Source: Octopus bimaculoides (taxonomy: Eukaryota). From it: a stretch of 64,000 nucleotides of DNA. A program made the translations under genes and the position numbers. The stretch spans positions 19,676,382-19,740,381 of the forward strand of contig NC_068985.1 of NCBI RefSeq assembly GCF_001194135.2. Reading direction: 5' to 3'. Below, in pieces: positions 1 through 11,913 of this stretch (positions are counted from its first letter, which is position 1; the number at the start of each line of letters is the position of its first letter). The notes under the pieces are model-generated. The model did not search any database. It was not told the origin of the DNA and saw nothing but the letters and a program-made list of their open reading frames with translations.

Positions 1-1803
1 TGACTAAAGGCGGTGCTCCAGCATGGCCACAGTCAAATGACTGAAACAAGTAAAAGAGTAAAGAGTAATATATATAATAAACTTCAATGTGAAAAAGAAT
101 TATCTTCTAATTTCCGTGTTACTTGAAACCAAATGCTAACTTTTCAAAGATGATTTTTAAATGAGGAATTTTAATAATTATTTTAAATTTTTGCCTCAAG
201 GGCAGCTTGGAGGAGGTGCGGATGAGTCGATTACATTGACCCCAGTGTTCAATTGGCATTTATTTTATCAACCCCGAAAGGATGAAAGGCAAAGTCTACC
301 TCGGCGGAATTTGAACTCAGAACGTAGGGACGGGCGAAATACCGCTAAGCATTTCGTCCAGCGCACTAATGATTCTTATTTCTTTACTGCCCACAAGGGG
401 CTAAACGTAGAGGGGACAAACAAGGACAGACAAAGGGATTAAGTCGATCACATCGACTCCAGTGCGTAACTGTCTGTTACTGATCAAGTAACTAAATTTG
501 TGAAGCTGCGTGGATTAGTGATTGTGGTGCTGCACTCACGACAGGAGGTTGTGGTTTCGATTCTTAGACCGGTTTTGCATTGTATTCTTGAGCAAAACAT
601 TTCATTTCTCGTTGCTCCAATCCCCTCAACTGTAAATGTATTACCTTGCGACGGATTGACATACAAGGGTGAAACTCAGGAAAATCACCCGAACGGAGGT
701 CTCACGATCCACCTTTTGCATTCAGCGATCGAATGGTTGGGATTGGTTGTTCAGCCACGTCAAAGATCAGCAACGACTAAATTCTGAAGCACCAGACACT
801 GATTTATAACAAAGACATTATGTGTGGGTACTTACTGAAATAGTAGTTATATATATTTATGTATATATGTATGTATGTATTTGCGTGATTGTGAAAATTA
901 TCCCTATATGATAATAGTTGATATAACTTTGGTCAATGCCTCCAGTCGTACTTTATATCGTACAGAAAGAGGCGGTAAAAGATACAGGGAGAGTTAACAT
1001 AAGAGGTGCAGGATAACTGCACATACTCGGCTTGGTAGAGGCAATGAGTAAAAAAGTACTACACAAAGACAGAGAGTAAGAATCATAGAGAGAGAAGAGA
1101 GGAGTAAATGACAGAGTAGTTATAGGAAGAGTTATACAAATAAGAAATTAATTTTATTCAATTTTAAGGTAATAAATATTTCTTATCATTTTGTATTAGC
1201 ACCAAAATATTTGATAAAAGTTGAATTATAATCATTGTATGTATGCCATAATTCGTGATATTATCCATGGTGACAAAAGTATACTTCCAAAGTTATCAGC
1301 CTTATAACAGATAATACTAGCATATATAATGGTTATTGGCACTCCGTCGCTTACGATCCTATGACCGCGAGTTCGCTGCCCTAACCACTGGGCCACTGCG
1401 CCTCCACATATAATGGCTATATGGTGGCGAACAGACCGACTTGTTAGCGCGTTGGACAAAATGCTTAGCGGTATCTCTTCCGGTTCTTTACTTTCTGTGC
1501 TTAAATTTCATCGATGTCAGTTTTACTTTCCATCCTTTCCGGAGCTTATAAAATAAAGTACCAATCAAGGACTGGAAACGATGTAATTGATTCCCCCCCC
1601 AACCTACTCAATGTTGTTGTCGTCGTGCCAAAATTAGAAGGAATACCTATAATAGAACTATTTGCATGTATAAGTATATGCATGTATAACTATTTGCATG
1701 TATAAGTATATGCATGTATGTATGCGTGTTCAGTAGTGTATGGTGGTTATTGTCATGGAATGCACTATCATTACTCCGTCTACTATTGTAACATAAGTAT
1801 AAA

Positions 1804-1945
1804 CATGTCATGGGTAAACTGCAGCCCGCCAGACTTTCTGAATGTCATACCTGGAGAAAAATTATCTTGAATTTTGCGGTCCGCCTGATGATGAGCTATG
1901 TCTCATGCGGCCCGCTTCTGGGAAAAAAAAGGTTACCCGTGCCTT
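1804..1945. mobile_element. Decayed hAT-type MITE
   Basis: catgggtaaactgcagcccgc ... gcggcccgc ... aaaaggttacccgtgcct; no TSD recognisable. Confidence 0.45.
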
Positions 1946-2384
1946 TGGACTGTTTCTATACTTCAACCACACTAAATCTTTGTTTTCGTCTGCGTATGAT
2001 TAGAATTGAAAACGACTAACTACTAGATTATGTAATGAACGGAGTTTCGGAGAAGCTATCGATAATTCGTTGGGGAAGGGAAAAGACATAGAAAGAATTG
2101 GGAAGTTTTTTTCTCTTCTTTTTTCTTCTTAACATTCCCGTCATTCGTACAACAGAAATTAAGATTTTGAAAGAATATTTTTTCCTTGAATTTCAGTTTT
2201 TTTTCTTTTCTTTTCTATTTTGAACCCCAATTCCTTGTACTTTTCCTTCCCCGTGAGGTATTGGTAGCTATTCCGAAACACGATCATATAAAGATACATC
2301 AAAAACGGAAATACAAAAGTAATATTGACAATCTCCGGGCGTGGGGATCTGCGGTGCTCACCAAGTACACCTAAAATATACACC

Positions 2385-2385
<1 letters not shown>

Positions 2386-2423
<38 letters not shown>
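2386..2423. repeat. (GT)n microsatellite
   Basis: Direct reading. Confidence 0.95.
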
Positions 2424-2426
<3 letters not shown>

Positions 2427-3134
2427 ATACAAGTATGGTAAACGAGAAAATGTATCTACTACACGATTCAACAAAACTTCCTATCAACTATTCTTTTTGC
2501 AAAAGTAGTTTCGACATGATATCTCACATTTTAACTAACTAAAAAGGAAAAATTGTTTAAGAAAGTTATTACATACCCATTGAAACTGCAGGAAGGCACA
2601 ACTTTCTTTCTCGCTTGATCAATGCAGCAAAACACATCGAAGGAAAGCTATTTATATTAAATACCACCAGAATAAACATCGGTTTTTTTTTCTTTACATC
2701 CCTTAAAAATAAAAATAAAATAATTATCTTTATTATATTCATTCAGATTTAACCTGACAAGCGATCTGTCAAATGTCGCCGCAGTCACAAACAAACAGCG
2801 AGAATGCTACACAGCAATGTTAGTTCAGACGACATCTTGAGTCACAAGAGCGAAGCCAACGGCCAACAAGCATAAAGATTAGTCATTGATCTCGATTGCT
2901 TGCTTTAAGATAGTGTTTGCAGGCTTGCAGGTGAACTTGTATCTAAGTTGATTCTGAACAATTTTGTCCCTGCTCTGTGTTGATTCAGTTGTGTTTCCTG
3001 CTTCCTATTGACAGCAATAACCATATATTAGTGATCTGATGTCTGTTGACCTGCAGCGCAACCAAACCACTCCCCAACCACTCCCCAACCTCTCCCCAAC
3101 GCCCAACTAATGATTTGTGCAACTCACATTAAGG

Positions 3135-3135
<1 letters not shown>

Positions 3136-3188
<53 letters not shown>
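3136..3188. repeat. (CTA)n microsatellite
   Basis: Direct reading. Confidence 0.95.
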
Positions 3189-3189
<1 letters not shown>

Positions 3190-3866
3190 TTTTGCAACAA
3201 TAATGATGATGGCGATTTCTTTATTTTGGGCAACGTATGAAGATTAAAGATGGTGCTGATGGTGGTGGAAGTGGTGGTGGTGGTGGCAGGTGGCTTTGGT
3301 AGTGGGTGATAGTGGTGGGCGGGTTTTGGTTGTGGTTTTGATGATGGCGGTGAGTAAGAACAAGGAATTATTTTTGCTTTTAAGTTACAAAAGTTCACTA
3401 CTGCTGTCGTCATTATAGATCAATAGATAAGGTGATCTGAGAAAGGTTAGTAAGTCAGCAATCTGTTCAGAATGATTTAACGATTGGTACCGGACAGGAA
3501 ATATCCAAATAAATAGATTAACACTTAAGAAAAAAAAGAAGAAAAAAAGAAAAGAAAAGAGAGGAAAAAAAATGAAAAAAATCTTCATATGAAAACCATT
3601 ATTGGATTTTACTGGATCAATACTGCCGTTTCTCAAAGCATTAAAAGGTTTCTATAACATTTGGTCTGGTAATGAATCAATTTGAGAATTAAGTGGATCT
3701 TGGGATTAACTGATACATTAATTGAACACAGTTCTTAATAATCGCATTTTTTCTTTTTTTTTTTTTTTAGTTGTTTTTTTTTTACTTATATGTTAAGACA
3801 GATTAGTACACCTCAGGATGAAAGAACGGATAAAGTGCAAAAAGAAAGACTAGATAGTTTGTAATA

Positions 3867-4078
3867 ATGATAATCCTTTCTACTAGAGGCACAAGGCCTC
3901 AAATATTAGAGGAAGGAGATAGTCGATTACATCAACCCTAGTCCTCAACTGGTACTTATTTTATCGAACCCAAAAGGATGAAAGACAAAGTCGACCTCGG
4001 CGGGATTTGAAATCTGAACGTAAAGACGGACAAATGCGCTGTGGTGCTAACGATTCTGCCAGCTCACTGCCTTGACGC
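3867..4078 (-). mobile_element. SINE family B copy (tandem with 4093-4316)
   Basis: Same sequence order, shared end aataatcctttctacta.aggcacaaggcct. Confidence 0.85.
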
Positions 4079-4092
4079 TGCCTTAATAATAA

Positions 4093-4316
4093 CAATAATC
4101 CTTTCTACTAAAGGCACAAGGCCTGAAATTTGGGGGAAAGGGGACTAATCGATTACATCGACCCGAGTATCTCACTGGTACTTATTTTATCGACTCCAGA
4201 AGGATGAAAGGCAAAGTCGGCCTCGGTGGTATTTGAGCTCAGAACGTAAAGACGGACGAAATACCGCTAAGCATTTTGCTCGGCGCACTAACGATTCTGC
4301 CAGCTCGCCGCCTTAA
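4093..4316 (-). mobile_element. tRNA-derived SINE, family B
   Basis: On -: aaggcggcgagctggcagaatcgttag...ctgag(c/t)tcaaat...gccgac tttgcctttcatcctt...gtcgataaa.taagtaccag. Other copies: 198-470, 1430-1630, 3867-4078, 12985-13170, 16320-16520, 18985-19410 (dimer), 24050-24140, 34690-34790, 35020-35150, 47040-47370. Confidence 0.85.
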
Positions 4317-4327
4317 TAATAATAATA

Positions 4328-4363
<36 letters not shown>

Positions 4364-4364
4364 A

Positions 4365-5310
4365 TCACCTGTCTGCCGCTGATATGGAAGCTGATGACAG
4401 GAATAATATCTAATTATATGTATTACTTGGACAAAAGACAACTTCTGACAGACTTACTAATTTGGGCATGGCGTACATCGATTATAAGAAAGCATATGAC
4501 ATGGTCCCCCATTCCTGGATGTCTTGAGCTGGTACAGGTGTCTGATAACATATCAAATTTTATTAGGAGATCAATGAAAAACTGGAATACAGAGTTAACT
4601 TCATGTGGAAAATTTTTGGCGATGGCTAACGTCAAGAGAGGCATATTTCAAGGAGATGGCCTATTACTATTGCTGTTTGTGATTTGTATGATACCCCTCC
4701 CACAGATACTACGGAAAGTGACATCGAGGTACACCTTGAAAAGTGGTGGAAAATTAAATCATCTGTTATATATGGATGACTTGAAGATCTTTGGAAAGAC
4801 CGAACAGGAAATAAATGGCCTAGTTTCAACAGTGCCGATATTCAGTAAGGATATCGGAATGGAATTTGGGATTTAAAAGTGTGATATGCTTATAGTACAA
4901 AGAGGCAAAGTAGTGTCGTCTAATGGTGTAGAGCTACCCAAAGGCGAGAAAATCAAGGATATTGAGACCAAAGGGATATAAATATTTGGGGGTTTTAGAA
5001 TACGACAAAATCAAGGAAAGTGAGATGAAGGAAAGCTTTAGGCGAGAATATCTCAGCAGAACAAAGTTAATTATGAGAAGTAGACTCAATGGAAGAAACA
5101 AGATGAGTAATGAACACATGGGCTGTTTCCTTAATGCGATACGGCGCAGGTGTTGTCAGGTGGACAAAGAACGAGCTTAAGGAAATGGACAGGAAAACTA
5201 GAAAAGTGATAACTATTAACAAGGAACTACACCCCAAAAGCGATACTGACAGACTGTATGTGCCTAGAAACAGGGGAGGAAGAGGTCACCTATGATGCAA
5301 GATCTGTGTT
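4365..5310 (+). mobile_element. Decayed non-LTR retrotransposon RT fragment, R4/Dong-like
   Basis: RGIFQGDG, HLLYMDDLKIFG, IGMEFG, YKYLG, SRLNGRN, NTWAV, RYGAGVVRW, DRKTRK, RLYVPRNRGGRG across frameshifts and stops. Clade assignment is from motif recall. Confidence 0.8.
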
Positions 5311-5339
5311 AACAACGAGAAGAATAATCAGCTTTTTTT

Positions 5340-5790
5340 AAAAACTGTATATGACAATGGTTCGCCAACACTTAGAATTTGCATCACCAGCCCCAATCTC
5401 GCTCAGCATATTAATAACTAGGAAACTGTTTGAAACGAGCAACAAAACGAATACCCGCTGTCAGGCATTTACCATACTCTGAACGTTTGGTTTCCTGGGT
5501 ATGGACACATTGAAGCACAGACGGTCTGGCAACTGAATTGGTAGACGCCCACAAGATTATTCTCCATCTTTCCAACAACAAACTTGGCCACCTTTTTGAA
5601 TTCCATATAACAAACACTCGTGGACAGGCTTTCAAAATTTAAAAAAACAACACCACACCCATGACTTTCGGAAACATTTTCTTCACGCTCAGAATTGTTG
5701 AAGCATGGAAAAAACTGCCCGCATCAGTCATTAGATGTCAAGACACTACATCCTTCAAAACTTTCATGATTCCTGAAATCTGCCAACAAT
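5340..5790 (+). mobile_element. CR1/L2-clade LINE 3' ORF2 remnant
   Basis: LYMTMVRQHLEFASP, RATKRIPAVRHLPYSERL, NTRGQAFK, FFTLRIVEAWKKLPASVI are typical CR1 C-terminal motifs, interrupted. Confidence 0.7.
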
Positions 5791-5988
5791 ACGCCAGTTG
5801 GCTTTTTAAAAATTTTTAGTTGTAATGCACCTGAGTACTGCATAGAACAATTTCTTTCATCTCAATTTTTTTTCAACGGCAAAATCCACATAAAACTTCA
5901 TTTTTATTTAAACCCTATCCTCTATAGAAAAGGGTACGGTTTTGTTGAGAAACATGAAAAATTTATTCTAATGCTGCAGTGCAAACGG

Positions 5989-5989
<1 letters not shown>

Positions 5990-6048
<59 letters not shown>
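5990..6048. repeat. (CT)n microsatellite
   Basis: Direct reading. Confidence 0.95.
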
Positions 6049-6052
<4 letters not shown>

Positions 6053-6893
6053 AAATGGTTGATCAAGTTTTGCTATCAGATTCTTTATTGTTATATATTT
6101 TCATATCATTTTGTTGTTGTTTACATATTTTGTTGTATTATGTATTTTCATACTGTTATTGTTGTTTACGTTTTTTTGTTTCTCTTAGTCAAAATGGAGT
6201 AAGAACATCTTTTATAAGTGATGTGCAATTTGTTCAGTGCAGTTTCAAATCAGCTGCAATAAATGATGAAGAAATCGTTTTTATTAAGTTCACCTAAATG
6301 ATCGACGCCACAAGTATTTATATGACAAGCTACAAATGCTGCTTAACTGTAGTTCAAATTTCGTTATTTTGCTACTGAAAAGGAAAGAAGAAAAAACAAA
6401 GAAAAAGAAAGGAAAAGAAAAAAGAAACTGCTTTGATAGCTTGCTGTGAATTTGAGATTATTACAGAACTATTTTTTATGTTTAAGCTGTAGAAGCATGA
6501 TTTGTTAAATCCGTTTTGTGAGCTCGTATTTCAACTTTTCTCAATTTACATAAAGCTTTATTTCTATATTTTATTTCTCTCCCCTAATTTGAAAAATATT
6601 GATTCATTAGCAAGTTTTATTGAAGCATTTTATTTTGATCACTTGCTCATTGTATAAATGGGTATCGCTTTGGAATTATCAAAATCTATTTTTAAACTGT
6701 TTAGTTTATTAGTTTTTCTACTACGTGACTGCCAACATCTGGTTCACTTTATGAACCAGAATCTCTAAATGGTCGTTTCAAATGCTGGAAATAGAAAAAA
6801 CAACCATATTAAATAAAGATACTTTGAATAAGTACCATATCACCCACAATTTCTGCCCCTAAAAGCACAGTGTTGCCAAATAGTGCTATTTGT

Positions 6894-7166
6894 TGTAATG
6901 ATACGAAACTAAATGCACTTAGTTTTACATTAATAAATACGCTGTCTCGAATAAAAGGTGGTCAGCTCGGTGGCTGGCACAGACGGCAGTTGAATGAGAC
7001 AACCAATCACTCTGCATCGCGTTATTCTAGTGCTTGCTTGGCACAGTATGGTGACAGTGCTATAACAAGATAAATATATCGAATCGAAACTAATCAGATT
7101 ACCAACACTTTATTATCGTTAGACATTGCTCAACGCTACCAATGTAACAGTATCGCCTCGGCTACA
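6894..7166 (+). mobile_element. Probable 5' LTR (family A) of the downstream Gypsy gag-pro fragment
   Basis: Starts TGTAAT, ends CTACA, contains AATAAA, and lies about 70 nt before the gag ATG. Its first 53 nt recur inverted at 8674-8726 next to a polypurine tract. The right boundary is uncertain. Confidence 0.45.
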
Positions 7167-7237
7167 TAGTGCGTGTTGTGCCACAAAATATAACCAAATC
7201 ACACGGTGTTGTATTGCACAAGAAAAACAAAAATAAT

Positions 7238-8690
7238 ATGGCGACATCTCATATTCCCGAAATGCAGTGGCACACAGACAAATCCGGCGGAAGTCCTGCC
7301 AATATTCAAACAAAACATCATGTACTATTGTGAAGATGAGGAAATTACAGAACCAAGGAAAATAGCCTTAAAAATATTAAGAGGCACTGGAAATGAAGGA
7401 CTCAAATGCGTCTAGCTTAACAGACGTTGACAAGAAAAATCCAAATAAACTGTTGGAATTGTTCGAAGCACAAGTCACGACAAACATCAATTTCAGAGTA
7501 CATCGCTTTAAACTGATGGAATGTAGACAGCAGCCTGATGAGACAGTTGACGACTTTGTTACAAGAGCCCGAACAATAGCAAAAAACTGTGAGTTTGAAG
7601 AAAGAGAGCTTGAACACGGATCATTGAATTATTGATTGCTTCAACTCCCATTGAAGCCTTCCAAAAAGAGCTGCTCTAACAGAGGGTAGAAAATTTGAAA
7701 CTATTCTTGCAGGAAGAAGTCAGATACAACAACTTGCAAGTGCAGAACCAAACAATGTAGATGCTGTTAGGCGTTCATGTTGAAATTGTGGACGAATGCA
7801 CCCACCAAGAAAGTGCCCTGCATACAATGATTCCTGCAACTTCTGCAACAAAAAGGGACACTGGAAAAAATTCTGTCGTCAACGGAACAAACAAGATAGA
7901 ACAAGACAGGAAAATGGCAATGGAAAAAGAGCATGCAAAAAATTCCATGATATAGAATCAAGCAACAAGGCTCATACTGACTCAGAAGAAGAGAACTGTA
8001 ACCCCTACTACTGCATACAAATTTCAAGCACGCGAAATGAAGCATTTGCAACATTGGATATCATATGTCCACAGAGAGAAAAGGTACGATAAATAAAATT
8101 AAAGATTGATACGGGAGCAGCAGGCATAACATTGCGTACATATCGCCAGTTATACGAATCAACTCTGTAGTGGCGAGTGTGGCCGCCATTGGCCGCCATC
8201 TTGGGAAGTGCCATTGCACATGTGCAAGGGACTTGCCGTCAGCGGAAGTACCCGAGCACGCATGCGCAATGCAACAGGTGGAGAGAGAGAAATAGCGTTC
8301 GATCTCTTCTCTATCTAGCAGCTGTCGTGACAACACGTTCTTCCAGTGCTCTCTCAACTCGATACCGACATGTGGTCGAAGCTTCCTTGGTATTCTAGCG
8401 GCATGCCTGTTCACCCAGGAACGAAATGGCTCTACACCAACCTAGAATAAATTATTGATCTGTTGTTACTGTTATCCCTCGTGTTGTTGTATTTCTGGAT
8501 TTCAATGATTAATTTAAGAACTGGGGAGAGATGGCCGAGCCGTCATATCTCATCCAATTCTTATAACTCCAACTGCAGTCATGCTAAAACCAGTGAAAAA
8601 CATTCGTCTGATGGCATACAATGGACAATAAATCGAATGCTTGGGATCAATACATTTTCAGTTTCGTTCAAACGACTGCGTATTTAAAAA
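7238..8690 (+). mobile_element. Ty3/Gypsy gag-protease pseudogene fragment
   Basis: gag RQQPDETVDDFVTRARTIAKNCEF; zinc knuckle CNFCNKKGHWKKFC (7835-7876); aspartic protease KIDTGAAG (DTG 8108-8116), continuing after the insertion as LKPVKNIRLMAYNG*IECLGSI. Frameshifts and stops present. Confidence 0.85.
8166..8565 (+). mobile_element. Solo LTR (family B, 400 bp) inserted into the Gypsy protease
   Basis: TG start, ...CTTATA end (CA>TA), TSD ACTC at 8162-8165 and 8566-8569, AATAAA at 8446. Removing it restores the protease frame. Orientation is inferred from AATAAA. Confidence 0.75.
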
Positions 8691-9320
8691 TGTGAAACTA
8701 AGTACATTTAGTTTCGTATCATTACATCCCCCTTTTCTTTAAACAATTCACAGGCTAATAAAAACTGACAAATGAAAATAAGGTTTCTGGTGCATCCTTT
8801 GTAGAGGGAGAAGAAACCTTATTTTCATTTGAGATGTCTGAAGACCACATGAACTGCTTTGGAAAAAATTTAAATCAACAGTGCATTTTCACTGGTGATT
8901 CAATCCTGGATTCGGTTCGTGTAAACCATGTGAATTATTTATAATTATAAAAAAATTTTTAAGCATAAAACTAATTTTAGACCATATCGAAATTTTACAT
9001 AAAATTTATGAAGAAAATATTTAAATAAGTTAATGCACATGTCTAACGAACGATCACTTGAACAATTTGTTCAGAACATGAAGTGTAATTGGAAGTGTTA
9101 TAATAGCTATTGTACGATGTTATCAGCTGTAAATAATTACTAATGGGAAGTGCAAGTTCGTTGAATTTTCCGCTACTTGAATTTATCAATTTATGCAATA
9201 TCTTCATCAGTTGCATTTGAAAATCACTGTATCATGTCGTTTAATTCTTTCGTAGTTACAGCAACACTGCGATTTGATTCAAAGTATTTAAGAATATCAC
9301 AAAAGAAATTCTATTTAATT

Positions 9321-11913
9321 TGTAGTAACGCTTTTATAGCAGACGACTGTTATATGTTCAATGTCCGGAGTTTTATCCACGCATGCGCAGGGACTAGTTC
9401 CGGAAGGAATACACGAAGAGTCTCATGCGCATGCGTAGAGTTCGACACCCAATATTTCGCGCCTTTTCTCAGTCTCTTCGTTGATTGATCTCCGTCGAGA
9501 CAAGACGTCCAACAGAGCTCTCTCACATCTCAGCACCAGAGCTTCACAAATAACCACGAACTTCATTCAGAAGTCGTCTCAGTAACCAAAGGCGACGAGC
9601 TACCGAATTCCACTGTAAATAAATATTGTTGTGTTGTTCAGAATCTGCGTTCCGTTGTTTCTTCAAGAAATTTAATGTACGGAAGCGGGTNNNNNNNNNN
9701 NNNNNNNNNNNNNNNNNNNNNNNNNNNNNNNNNNNNNNNNNNNNNNNNNNNNNNNNNNNNNNNNNNNNNNNNNNNNNNNNNNNNNNNNNNNNNNNNNNNN
9801 NNNNNNNNNNNNNNNNNNNNNNNNNNNNNNNNNNNNNNNNNNNNNNNNNNNNNNNNNNNNNNNNNNNNNNNNNNNNNNNNNNNNNNNNNNNNNNNNNNNN
9901 NNNNNNNNNNNNNNNNNNNNNNNNNNNNNNNNNNNNNNNNNNNNNNNNNNNNNNNNNNNNNNNNNNNNNNNNNNNNNNNNNNNNNNNNNNNNNNNNNNNN
10001 NNNNNNNNNNNNNNNNNNNNNNNNNNNNNNNNNNNNNNNNNNNNNNNNNNNNNNNNNNNNNNNNNNNNNNNNNNNNNNNNNNNNNNNNNNNNNNNNNNNN
10101 NNNNNNNNNNNNNNNNNNNNNNNNNNNNNNNNNNNNNNNNNNNNNNNNNNNNNNNNNNNNNNNNNNNNNNNNNNNNNNNNNNNNNNNNNNNNNNNNNNNN
10201 NNNNNNNNNNNNNNNNNNNNNNNNNNNNNNNNNNNNNNNNNNNNNNNNNNNNNNNNNNNNNNNNNNNNNNNNNNNNNNNNNNNNNNNNNNNNNNNNNNNN
10301 NNNNNNNNNNNNNNNNNNNNNNNNNNNNNNNNNNNNNNNNNNNNNNNNNNNNNNNNNNNNNNNNNNNNNNNNNNNNNNNNNNNNNNNNNNNNNNNNNNNN
10401 NNNNNNNNNNNNNNNNNNNNNNNNNNNNNNNNAGCTACCATCCCGCTTCTAATGGGATGGTTGAGCGTTTTCATAGGCAACTTAAGGCTGCCTTACACGC
10501 CTCGCCCAACCCGCAGTCTTGGGTTGAATTTCTTCAAGGTCGACGCTAATGGTCGTACAGAGATTGTGTCTGTCGACCGTCTGAAAAAGCGTACCTTGAC
10601 AAACCCTCAACTTTCGTGTACGACGTGCCCGTTTTTCAAACACCACACACCACTGTCAACGTCATTACCACCACACATACAGAACACAGCTACAGCCAGT
10701 TTCCAGCGACGACATCAACAACCACTACGAACTACAAGCATCGCCCCCGACGTCGCTAGCAGCAATACGACTCTACGTACTACCAGCATCGCCCACATCG
10801 TCAACATGACTTCTACACGTACACAAGCAACCGACATCAACAAGCGCGGTTTTATCTCGACCCTGTTAGAGTGGATGTTTCCACTCACGATCAACAGACA
10901 AGAACTAACCAGCCAGAATATTCAGTACCAGGTAACACAGGTCCCAGCATCCGACGCTCAACTACAGCTCTGCTCCTTGACCACAACTTCCTGCGTATGA
11001 ACATTCNNNNNNNNNNCACTCACGATCAACAGACAAGAACTAACCAGCCAGAATATTCAGTACCAGGTAACACAGGTCCCAGCATCCGACGCTCAACTAC
11101 AGCTCTGCTCCTTGACCACAACTTCCTGCGTATGAACATTCTATCTCCTTGTGGAATTTTAATACGAACTGGTTTTCTCTATCTCAGTGTCTTAAGACTT
11201 TTCACAGTCTATATTACAGACACTTTTGCTATGTTCTGTGTTTTCTCTCACACACACACTTGTGCACTCATATATTTTCTTTCTTTTCAGAAAAAACAAA
11301 AAATTCAGACTTTTACATCGCGTGATTCCAGTTTCCTGGACAGTTGTCATCACGGTTGTTTTGTCATTGTCAATTCATTTGTACATTGCATGCATGTATC
11401 TCACAAGTGTACATCATTTTTTTTTTCGTTATATATATTTGTGCCACATCTTGTGGGTGTTTTTTTCGGTAGCCATCTTGCCTCAGGCGTCCCTCCAAAT
11501 TTTCTATTTTCGTGCTTTCGGCACTCGAGGGGGAGCCATGTAGTGACGCTTTTATAGCAGACGACTGTTATATGTTCAATATCCGGAGTTTTATCCACGC
11601 ATGCGCAGGGACTAGTTCCGGAAGGAATACAGGAAGAGTCTCATGCGCATGCGTAGAGTTCGACACCCAAGCTTTCGCGCCTTTTCTCAGTCTCTTCGTT
11701 GATTGATCTCCGTCGAACCAAGACGTCCAACAAAGCTCTCTCACATCTCAGCACCAGAGCTTCACAAATAACCACGAACTTCATTCAGAAGGCGTCTCAG
11801 TAACCAAAGGCGACTAGCTACCGAATTCCACTGTAAATAAATATTGTTGTGTTGTTCAGAATCTGCGTTCCGTTGTTTCTTCAAGAAATTTAATGTACGG
11901 AAGCGGGTGTACA
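9321..11913 (+). mobile_element. Internally deleted Ty3/Gypsy LTR element (family C) with two LTRs
   Basis: LTRs at 9321-9690(+gap) and 11539-11913 (TG...CA, 375 bp, about 10 differences over 370 nt). PPT GAGGGGGAG before the 3' LTR. Integrase fragment SYHPASNGMVERFHRQLKAAL fused to the C-terminal VSVDRLK. Confidence 0.9.

Noticed and set aside
198-700. tRNA-like A/B boxes here and at many SINE heads
   Set aside because: These are SINE heads with no complete cloverleaf. No genuine tRNA or rRNA gene was recognised in the window.
3129-3413. ORFs with poly-Ser/Thr, LSLSLS, YIHT or PNPNP repeats (also 5971, 14279, 33507, 62369-62793)
   Set aside because: Translations of microsatellites.
9626-11000. 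Long ORFs of 280-441 aa (also at 21082-22045, 23422-23805, 33507-34307, 59551-60783)
   Set aside because: They are open only because they run through N-gaps.
10882-11141. Exact ~125-bp direct repeat on both sides of a 10-N gap
   Set aside because: Typical unmerged contig overlap (assembly artefact), not a biological duplication.
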